Made by a program: the position numbers and the translations under genes | The notes under the pieces: generated by a model | What the model saw: only the letters and a program-made list of their open reading frames with translations | Database searches by the model: none | What the model was told of the DNA's origin: nothing | Source of the DNA: Acidimicrobiia bacterium | Lineage (GTDB): Bacteria > Actinomycetota > Acidimicrobiia > Spongiisociales > ZC4RG35 | Length of the DNA stretch: 53,808 nt | Assembly: GCA_041599115.1 (NCBI GenBank) | Contig: JBFHXF010000002.1 | Coordinates: 1-53,808, forward strand | Direction: 5' to 3' | In this document: one piece after another, positions 18,728 to 25,968 of the stretch | Position numbering within the stretch: the stretch's first letter is position 1 | How the letters are laid out: each line of letters begins with the position of its first letter

Positions 18728-19027
18728 CTATCCATCACGAACAGCGACCGCATAGCGCACACCTTCCCTTTCCACCCAATCCACCTGGACCGGCTCACCG
18801 GTCCGCTGATGTTCGCTCAGATGCGGCAACGGAAACTCATAGTCGCCATCATCCAGGGTTCGAAAAGCCATCTCCTCGCCCCCAGCCAGGACAGTGAAAG
18901 CGTTCACTTCCGTGAGCGTCCCCTCCACGTTCACCACGATCCCGTCCACAGTGCCCGACTGAGAGGAGCACGCCGCCAGCAAGAGGCTCGCCACCACGAC
19001 CGCCACCGAACTTCGGCTGATAATCAT
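18728..19027 (-). CDS. Small lipoprotein, hypothetical (99 aa)
   Basis: Signal peptide plus lipobox 'MIISRSSVAVVVASLLLAAC'. Its start abuts the ctaG stop with no gap. Confidence 0.6.
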   Translation of the reverse strand: MIISRSSVAVVVASLLLAACSSQSGTVDGIVVNVEGTLTEVNAFTVLAGGEEMAFRTLDDGDYEFPLPHLSEHQRTGEPVQVDWVEREGVRYAVAVRDG

Positions 19028-19840
19028 TCAACCGACCTGAAGCGATGATTCCAATTCGTCCTGCTCCCTTTCCTCACGGGTCCACCGCGCCCAGATGACG
19101 GCAATCGTGCCCCACAGGAGAAAACCGCCACCGAGTTTCATGACGATGCCCGAAATGGTCTGATCGGAGACCGCACTCAACCCGAAGGCCTCAGCGGCGT
19201 CGCCGTAAAAGGGATAGAGGGCGACACTGGAGAAGGTGAGAAAGGACGCAGGGATGGTCGGCAGCAGCGACTGACCGAACAGGTAGACGATCTGACCAGG
19301 GCGACGCAATTTGGGGATCTGCGCGGTCGGGGAAAGAACGGGCATCCACATGAAAACGGCGGAGGCAAACAGCCAAACGTGCACCGAGAAGTGAGCGAGT
19401 TCGTTCGTCAACATCCAATCCACCAGATCCGGCCAGTGGATCACGATGAACGTGGCGTTGAAGATGACGAACGCCGCGACCGGCCTTGCCAGGGGACGAA
19501 TGACCCGGGCGACTCTCGGGTTTCCCAATGTGACGTCAGCCAGCCAGCGGGGAGTCCCCATCAACATCAGTGGCGGCACGACCAGGGCCAGGACCATGTG
19601 CTCGATCATGTGCAGAGTGAACAGGGATGTGTCGGCCAGGTCGTGGATGGGCCAACCGGACACCAGGTAGATCATGACGATGGCGCTGTACCACTGCCAT
19701 CGCTGTCGCCTGGTGGCACCGGGCCGGCCCGGTGCCACCTGGGGCCGTATCCGCTTGTCGGCGTACCAAAAGCCGAAGGCAAGGATGAAAACCAGGGCCC
19801 AAACATCGAAATGAGGGTGCCAGACCGGCAGCAGATCCAC
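19028..19840 (-). CDS. ctaG: Cytochrome c oxidase assembly factor CtaG (caa3_CtaG family)
   Basis: 270 aa polytopic protein. 'LHMIEHMVLALVVPPLMLMGTP' is typical of Bacillus-type CtaG. Its position directly after ctaF matches that family. Confidence 0.8.
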   Translation of the reverse strand: MDLLPVWHPHFDVWALVFILAFGFWYADKRIRPQVAPGRPGATRRQRWQWYSAIVMIYLVSGWPIHDLADTSLFTLHMIEHMVLALVVPPLMLMGTPRWLADVTLGNPRVARVIRPLARPVAAFVIFNATFIVIHWPDLVDWMLTNELAHFSVHVWLFASAVFMWMPVLSPTAQIPKLRRPGQIVYLFGQSLLPTIPASFLTFSSVALYPFYGDAAEAFGLSAVSDQTISGIVMKLGGGFLLWGTIAVIWARWTREEREQDELESSLQVG

Positions 19841-19842
19841 TA

Positions 19843-20154
19843 CTAGCTACCCCGGATGACGAGAACCCCCAACGCGGTAAGGACGATGGTGTAGAGACTT
19901 GCAGCAAGCACGAAGCCGGCGGTGAAGAACCTGCTGAGCATCGCCTTCTCATACCTCAGATGCATGTAGAAGCCGATCACGATGACGAATTTGAGCGCGG
20001 CCAGGACCAGCAGGGCGAGTGTGTTGACGACCGCCAGGTGGAGTGAACGATTGATGTAATACATCGCCACTTCGACTGCTGTCAACCCCGCGAGGACAAC
20101 GGCAATCTTCCAGTACATGGCGGGTGTGGGGTGGGGGCGTTCTGTGGAGGTCAT
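19843..20154 (-). CDS. ctaF: Cytochrome c oxidase subunit IV (prokaryotic COX4 type)
   Basis: The start MTSTERPHPTPAMYWKIAVVLAGLTAVEVAMYY overlaps the ctaE stop (ATGA). It has three TM helices and 'FVIVIGFYMHLRYE'. The track ORF extends to 20295 but overlaps ctaE. Confidence 0.75.
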   Translation of the reverse strand: MTSTERPHPTPAMYWKIAVVLAGLTAVEVAMYYINRSLHLAVVNTLALLVLAALKFVIVIGFYMHLRYEKAMLSRFFTAGFVLAASLYTIVLTALGVLVIRGS

Positions 20155-20780
20155 GCGGGCGGCACCGAGAGCAAGTACACCGCGGTGAAGATGATGATCC
20201 AGATTATGTCGACGAAGTGCCAGTACAGGCCGACCAGCTCGAGATTCAGGCCGTGCTTCTCGCTCAAGCCGCCCTTCCGGCGTGAGATGCCCCAAAGGGA
20301 CAGCAACATGATCACCCCGACCGCCACATGGGTGCCGTGGAAGCCGGTCAGCAGATAGAAGGCTGACGCCGCAGGATTTGTGGTGAGCTTCATGCCCTCA
20401 TTGGTGATGAACTCGGTGAATTCGAACACCTGGCCACCGAGAAAGACGGCACCCAGGGCCGCGGTGGCAAAGAGCCAGGTGCGGGTGCCGTTCTGGTCCT
20501 TTCGGGTGAGGGCATTATGAGCCAGCACCATTGTCAATGAGCTCATCAAGAGGACGAAGGAGCTGACCGAGGTGAAAGGGATGTCGTAGACCTCTGCCGG
20601 GTAAGTGCCCTGAAAGCCCCCGCGGTGCGAATAGAGCAGGTAGTTGGAGATAAGGGCACCAAAAAACAAGAACTCCGAGCTGAGAAACAGCCACATCCCC
20701 AGCTTGCGATTGTCAATCCCGGTTGACTCGTGCTCGGGATGGGCGGTCTCCATGGCGGCATCGTGTGCGATATCAGTCAT
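20151..20780 (-). CDS. ctaE: Cytochrome c oxidase subunit III
   Basis: 209 aa. It has 'LGMWLFLSSEFLFFGALI', 'FYLLTGFHGTHVAVG' and 'YWHFVDIIWIIIF'. Confidence 0.92.
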   Translation of the reverse strand: MTDIAHDAAMETAHPEHESTGIDNRKLGMWLFLSSEFLFFGALISNYLLYSHRGGFQGTYPAEVYDIPFTSVSSFVLLMSSLTMVLAHNALTRKDQNGTRTWLFATAALGAVFLGGQVFEFTEFITNEGMKLTTNPAASAFYLLTGFHGTHVAVGVIMLLSLWGISRRKGGLSEKHGLNLELVGLYWHFVDIIWIIIFTAVYLLSVPPA

Positions 20781-22806
20781 CGTATGCCACCTTCGTGTCG
20801 CCCTGGGATCCGGCAGCCTCGTGCTCGGGATGGGGCTCTTCGAGCGGCTCCATCGCCCAGCCCATCACCGCCGAGAGAGAGATAATTGCACCTATCAGGA
20901 TCAAGGCCTTGCCCCACAGGGTGGTGTGGTAGATGATCCCGTAGAAGATGATCGGGATGCCCATGGCCATGAAGAAGGGGAAATATGTCTGATTGGGCAA
21001 ATGAATCGGGCTCTCCGGATTGAGTTGTTCGCGCTCGATCTCGGCAACGATCTCATCCTTGTCCGGACGGGCCACGGCCCGGCCCTCCTCGTCCTCGCCG
21101 TACTTGAGGTGCCAGAAATGGTCGAGACCGGTGACCACGGGCGGGACGGCGAAGTTGTATTCGGGGGTCGGATTGGGTGACATCCATTCGACCGTCCGGG
21201 CGTCCCATGGATCGAGCCCCGAGGGCGCTCCCCGCCTTCGACTGGTGTACCAGTTGTACATGAAGACCAATATCGAGATCGCGATGATCCAGGCGCCGAC
21301 GGTGACCGCGAAGTTCCACGGTTGAAGTCCTGTCTCCGGCGCATATTTCCAAGTACGACGCACCATCCCCTGCAAGCCCAGCCAATGCATCGGGGCAAAA
21401 GTGAGGTTGAAGCCAAACAGCATCAGCCAGAAGTGGAGCTTCCCGACCTTCTCGTTCATCACTCGGCCCTTGAGCTTGGGAAACCAGTAGTAGAGGCCGG
21501 CGAATATCCCGAATAGGGCGCCGCCGAACAGGACGTAATGGAAGTGGGCCACGATGTAATAGGTGTCGGTCTGCTGCCAGTCGGAGGGGACCACCGCATG
21601 GGTGACGCCGGAGAGCCCACCAATGGTGAACATCGCCACGAAGCCGATGGAAAACAGCATCGGAACGGTGAGACGTATTCGCCCCATCCACATCGTGCCC
21701 AGCCAGTTGAAGATCTTGATCCCGGTGGGGATGGCAATCGTCATCGTCGCCAGACCGAATGCAGCCTGTGCCACCGGGGTGATCCCCGAGGCAAACATGT
21801 GGTGGGCCCAGACCCCGAATCCCAGGAAACCGATGGCGGCGCCAGCGAAAACGACCGCCGAGTAGCCAAACAGGGGCTTGCGTGAGAAGACCGGGAGGAC
21901 TTCGGACACGATGCCCATGGCGGGCAGGACCAGGATGTAGACCTCGGGATGGCCGAAGAGCCAGAAGAGGTGCTGCCACAAGATGGGATCACCCCCTCCC
22001 GTCGGAGCGAAGAACAGGGAGCCGAACTGCCTGTCGAAGGTGACCATGAAGAGGGCGATGGCAATTATGGGAATCGAGAAGAGGAGGAGGAAGGCCACCA
22101 CCATCGACATCCAGACGAACACGGGCATCCGCAGCAGCCGCATCCCTTTTGCCCGCATGTTGAAGATCGTCACCAGAAAGTTGATTGCCGAAATCAATGA
22201 GGCCAGACCCAGGATCTGGAGGCCGAGCGCCCAGAAGTCCATGGCAGTTCCGGCCGAGTAGAGCGGCCCGGCGTTCGGCTGATAGGCGAACCATCCGGCG
22301 TCGGGTGAATCAGCCAGCCAGTTGAGGGTCCCCGGGCCACCTCCTGCAGCGAGGTTGCCACCCACTCCAAGGCCCCCGGTGGGTGCGAATGACGTCCCGA
22401 AGATGAAGGTCGAATAGAGGAAGATCCCCCCGAAGAAGAACACCCACCATGAAAGGGCGTTGAGTCGGGGGAAGGCGACATCGCGCGCCCCGATCAACAG
22501 GGGCAGCATGTAGTTCATGAAAGCCGCCGACACGGGCATCACGAACAAGAACACCATGGTGGTGCCGTGCATGGTGAACATGGCGTTGTAGGCGCCCGCA
22601 GTGAGAAACTCGGAGTTCGCAGTCGCCAGCTGGGTGCGTATCAGGAGCGCCTCGATGCCGCCGAGGAGGAAGAAGAAGAAGGCGGCATAGCCGTACATGA
22701 TTCCGATTCGCTTGTGGTCGACAGTGGTGATCCAGGACCAAAGACCGGTCGTCGAAGCGGGCCGTCTGAAGATCGTGGTCGCCGGGCGTTCGGCTGTGGC
22801 AGTCAT
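20773..22806 (-). CDS. ctaD: Cytochrome c oxidase subunit I (heme a / a3-CuB), with C-terminal two-helix extension
   Basis: 677 aa. It has 'DHKRIGIMY', 'WFFGHPEVYILVLP', 'WAHHMF' and 'HFHYVLFGG'. An extra roughly 110 aa tail contains 'IHLPNQTYFPFFMAMGIPIIFYGII'. Confidence 0.95.
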   Translation of the reverse strand: MTATAERPATTIFRRPASTTGLWSWITTVDHKRIGIMYGYAAFFFFLLGGIEALLIRTQLATANSEFLTAGAYNAMFTMHGTTMVFLFVMPVSAAFMNYMLPLLIGARDVAFPRLNALSWWVFFFGGIFLYSTFIFGTSFAPTGGLGVGGNLAAGGGPGTLNWLADSPDAGWFAYQPNAGPLYSAGTAMDFWALGLQILGLASLISAINFLVTIFNMRAKGMRLLRMPVFVWMSMVVAFLLLFSIPIIAIALFMVTFDRQFGSLFFAPTGGGDPILWQHLFWLFGHPEVYILVLPAMGIVSEVLPVFSRKPLFGYSAVVFAGAAIGFLGFGVWAHHMFASGITPVAQAAFGLATMTIAIPTGIKIFNWLGTMWMGRIRLTVPMLFSIGFVAMFTIGGLSGVTHAVVPSDWQQTDTYYIVAHFHYVLFGGALFGIFAGLYYWFPKLKGRVMNEKVGKLHFWLMLFGFNLTFAPMHWLGLQGMVRRTWKYAPETGLQPWNFAVTVGAWIIAISILVFMYNWYTSRRRGAPSGLDPWDARTVEWMSPNPTPEYNFAVPPVVTGLDHFWHLKYGEDEEGRAVARPDKDEIVAEIEREQLNPESPIHLPNQTYFPFFMAMGIPIIFYGIIYHTTLWGKALILIGAIISLSAVMGWAMEPLEEPHPEHEAAGSQGDTKVAYDD

Positions 22807-23879
22807 TTGTTGCTATCCAACCAGATGATCAAGTTGTCTATCTCCTGCTCGGTGAGGGCCAGGTTGGGCATGTAGCTCCCTGGCTTGACGTTCGGGGGGT
22901 CGGACAGCCATCTCTTCAACGCAGCGTCGTGTGTCTCGCCCTGGGCAGGAAGAGTCGCTCCGGCAAAGACATCCCGGGAGGCAAAATGGGTCAACTCGGG
23001 CCCGTTGAAGGCACTGGCTTCAACGATGTTCGACGCACTCGCATCATCGAATCGAACGGTGTGACACTGGACGCAGCCTTTGCTCTGATAGACCTGATAC
23101 CCGTCGAACTCCGGGGCCCCCGGCGCGGGTAATGCGGCGGGGGCCTTCTGTCCGGCCAGCCACGATTGGAAGTCAGCGGTTGACAGCGCCACCACCCTGG
23201 TGCGCATCAGGGAATGGCTCAGACCACAGAACTCTGCGCAATGACCCCAAAACTCGCCGGGGTGATCGGCTTCAAGCCGGAGTCTGGTCGTCTGACCAGG
23301 GATGACGTAACGTTTCCCATTGAGAGCCGGCACCCAGAAGTTGTGAATGACATCCTCTGACGTCATCACCGCGCAGACCTCCTCACCTGCCGGGATGACC
23401 ATCACGTTTGCCGTATCGATGCCGGCGTCCGGGTAATGGAATTCGAACCACCATTGATGAGCCGTTATCTGCACTTCCATGGCGTTAGACCCACATTCCG
23501 TCAGGTCGAAGACTGCCGCCGTTGTCGGAACCGCGATGCCCGCGAGTATCAAGGCAGGGATCACCGTCCACAGGACCTCGAGCTTGGGGCTGCCGTGTAA
23601 CTGCTTCGGCTCCCTGGCGCCGTCGCGATCGCGGAACAGGAACACGGCTGCCAGGACCCCACCCTCCACCAGGACGAACACTCCCGCGGCGATCCAGAAG
23701 ACCGGCCAGAACAGGTGGTTGATGCGCTCAGAGAATGGTCCCGCAGGATTGAACGTCGTCAGCGGTCCGTCAGGGTTGCGGGATAAGAACAGGAACGATC
23801 CGATGAGGGCCAACGCAGCCAGGGTGATGATTGTTCTGACTGCGACCTTGCGAAACCCTCCCATGCGGATTTGCATCAT
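22803..23879 (-). CDS. ctaC: Cytochrome c oxidase subunit II with fused C-terminal cytochrome c domain (caa3 type)
   Basis: 358 aa. The CuA site is 'HCAEFCGLSHSLM', with 'DVIHNFWVP' nearby. The C-terminal heme-c motif is 'CVQCHTV', and a distal Met lies in 'GSYMPNL'. Confidence 0.93.
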   Translation of the reverse strand: MMQIRMGGFRKVAVRTIITLAALALIGSFLFLSRNPDGPLTTFNPAGPFSERINHLFWPVFWIAAGVFVLVEGGVLAAVFLFRDRDGAREPKQLHGSPKLEVLWTVIPALILAGIAVPTTAAVFDLTECGSNAMEVQITAHQWWFEFHYPDAGIDTANVMVIPAGEEVCAVMTSEDVIHNFWVPALNGKRYVIPGQTTRLRLEADHPGEFWGHCAEFCGLSHSLMRTRVVALSTADFQSWLAGQKAPAALPAPGAPEFDGYQVYQSKGCVQCHTVRFDDASASNIVEASAFNGPELTHFASRDVFAGATLPAQGETHDAALKRWLSDPPNVKPGSYMPNLALTEQEIDNLIIWLDSNK

Positions 23880-23912
23880 ATGAGAAATCGCACCCGCCGA
23901 CCACTTTCTTTT

Positions 23913-24749
23913 TCAGCCGGCCACTGAGGCGATCGCGGCAGACATCTCTTCACGTGATGCTGCTCCCTCAAAAGAAGCACTGACGATTCCGTCGGAATCG
24001 ACCACAAACACCCACGGCTCGGAGGGAAGCCCCCATTCCTCGACCGCCGGCACCAGGACCAGTTGGTCGAAGGAGTCGACCTGAATGTTGTCGTAGACCT
24101 CGACGTGGACGAAGTCGACACCGGGGAAGTCCGCGCGGAGGCTCTTCGTCTGATCGAGCAGGGGTCCGCACGTCTGGCTGACGCACCACGCCGGCGTTGC
24201 GAAGACGATCACCGCCGGAGTTCCGTCTGTGACCGCCCGGTCGATGCTCAAGCGGTACATCAGCGGGTCCGGGTCGGAGTCCGAGCTGATGACCGCCAGA
24301 TCGGGGTATTCGGCGGAAGTTCTCGTCAGCGACTTCGGCGCTTCGTCACCCGGCTGGACCACGTCCGGGTTTTCCGAGACCACGATGCCCACCGGACCGG
24401 CATCCGCCATCCCCTCAGTTTCGATGGTGGCCTGATAGGTCCCTGCCTCCGGAAAATCCATGTAGGCGACATAGAGGCCCCTCACGTCGGGAGTGGTCCA
24501 GATGAACTCGGTGTCATAGGTATCGAGGGGAGACCCGTCCTGGTTGCGGAGTGTCACCCGGGCCTTGCGATCGGGCGCGGCAAGAAATTGATCGGTCTCA
24601 CGGTCAACCAGAGCAAACATCACCCGTTGGGTCCCGGTGCCGATACTCCCCGCGGACGAGGCGACCAGGGCAAATGGGGTCACCGCCGTCCCCGGGCCAC
24701 AGGCGGCCACAATCAGGACAACTCCAATTAGTGGGGTCAGTTTCTTCAT
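23913..24749 (-). CDS. Lipoprotein with C-terminal thioredoxin-like (TlpA/Sco-like) domain
   Basis: True start is 'MKKLTPLIGVVLIVAACG' (lipobox) at 24749, which overlaps the ctaB stop by 4 nt. The thioredoxin-fold motif is 'AVIVFATPAWCVSQTCGP'. The track ORF extends to 25148, but that part overlaps ctaB. Confidence 0.75.
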   Translation of the reverse strand: MKKLTPLIGVVLIVAACGPGTAVTPFALVASSAGSIGTGTQRVMFALVDRETDQFLAAPDRKARVTLRNQDGSPLDTYDTEFIWTTPDVRGLYVAYMDFPEAGTYQATIETEGMADAGPVGIVVSENPDVVQPGDEAPKSLTRTSAEYPDLAVISSDSDPDPLMYRLSIDRAVTDGTPAVIVFATPAWCVSQTCGPLLDQTKSLRADFPGVDFVHVEVYDNIQVDSFDQLVLVPAVEEWGLPSEPWVFVVDSDGIVSASFEGAASREEMSAAIASVAG

Positions 24750-25660
24750 CGCACCAACACGTCGAGCATCACCGCTCCGAACAGCGCCGTCAGATAGATC
24801 GTAGAGGTCATGAATAGCCTCATTGCATCGAGAGGGCGCCGGTAAACCCGCCAGGTGTCCCACATGAACCAACCTCCCAGACTCACGGTCGCTATCAGGT
24901 AGATCCACGACATCGAGGCCACCGGGACCAGCAGAAAGGTGATGGCGACCATGACCCCGGTGTACAGGAGCATCCTTCGGGTGGTGACCTCCACGCCGGA
25001 GACGACCGGAAGCATCGGAACTCCGGCCGCTTGATAGTCGTCCCGATATCGAATCGCCAAGGCCCAAAAATGGGGCGGAGTCCAGTAGAAAACGACAAGG
25101 AACAGCACCCAGGCCGGAAGGCCGATAGATCCCGTCACCGCCGCCCAACCGACCAGAACCGGAGCTGCGCCGGCGACTCCTCCGACCACGATGTTCTGCA
25201 CAGAAGACCGTTTCAGAGCGATGGTGTAGACGAAGACATAGAACATAAGCGCCGCGGTTGACAGCGCTGCCGCCAGAAGATTGGTAGTGATGGCGAGCCA
25301 GACGAAGCCTGCAATCCCCAGTACGACCCCGAACACCAGGGCGTTGCCGGGAGGAACCTCATGCCTGGCCAGCGGCCTCCCCCTGGTGCGCCGCATCACC
25401 TCATCGATATCCCGATCGACGTAATTGTTTAGGGTATTGGCCCCTCCCGCCGACAGAGTCCCGCCGAGGAGTGTGGCGACGACCAACCAGGTACCCGGCC
25501 AGCCGCCACTCGCGAGCACCATCGCCGGGACCGTCGTTATGAGCAGCAACTCGATGATCCGGGGCTTGGTCAAAGCGACATAGGCCGCGACGATCGAACG
25601 CGATCTGCCAGGAGGCATCAGCTCCACCGCTGGCGCCGCCTCTCTATTCGATTCATTCAT
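24746..25660 (-). CDS. ctaB: Protoheme IX farnesyltransferase (heme O synthase)
   Basis: 'YVALTKPRIIELLLITT', 'NNYVDRDIDEVMRRTRGRPL' and 'TPPHFWALA' are UbiA-family CtaB/CyoE motifs. I take the start at ATG 25660 (MNESNRE). Confidence 0.9.
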   Translation of the reverse strand: MNESNREAAPAVELMPPGRSRSIVAAYVALTKPRIIELLLITTVPAMVLASGGWPGTWLVVATLLGGTLSAGGANTLNNYVDRDIDEVMRRTRGRPLARHEVPPGNALVFGVVLGIAGFVWLAITTNLLAAALSTAALMFYVFVYTIALKRSSVQNIVVGGVAGAAPVLVGWAAVTGSIGLPAWVLFLVVFYWTPPHFWALAIRYRDDYQAAGVPMLPVVSGVEVTTRRMLLYTGVMVAITFLLVPVASMSWIYLIATVSLGGWFMWDTWRVYRRPLDAMRLFMTSTIYLTALFGAVMLDVLVR

Positions 25661-25802
25661 CGTCAACCTCTCTGACCCTCTCCCCGGCTTTCCTCCTGGC
25701 TCGCTTCTCGGCAGCCCGGAGTGCCCACATTGCCAGTAGGGCGGGCACAACGAAGATGCCGATCTCGCCGATTCCACCATGGTGGGCGAATACCAGGGTC
25801 AT
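25653..25802 (-). CDS. Candidate small single-TM protein (49 aa)
   Basis: MTLVFAHHGGIGEIGIFVVPALLAMWALRAAEKRARRKAGERVREVDDE has one TM helix followed by a basic tail. Its stop overlaps the ctaB start by 8 nt. There is no other support. Confidence 0.3.
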   Translation of the reverse strand: MTLVFAHHGGIGEIGIFVVPALLAMWALRAAEKRARRKAGERVREVDDE

Positions 25803-25968
25803 TCGGAGACGAGGGACAACTCGTGCGAATTCTGGACGACCATAAGCGCAAGCATCGCATAATGGGGGTTCTGGAGCCAGCCTACGAACAGGCAAGCGGG
25901 CTGGGCCCGGGAATTGCTCGAATCGTCGGGGGCCGAGCCGGGACGCCGGTCGATAATGTGCTTCCACA

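Noticed and set aside
24750-25148. N-terminal extension of the Trx-like lipoprotein ORF. The same issue affects 20155-20295 for ctaF, 51364-51636 for the HhH-GPD gene and 42698-42808 for XdhC-N.
   Set aside because: The extensions overlap well-supported upstream genes. In each case an internal start gives a sensible N-terminus (signal peptide or lipobox, or a start/stop overlap).
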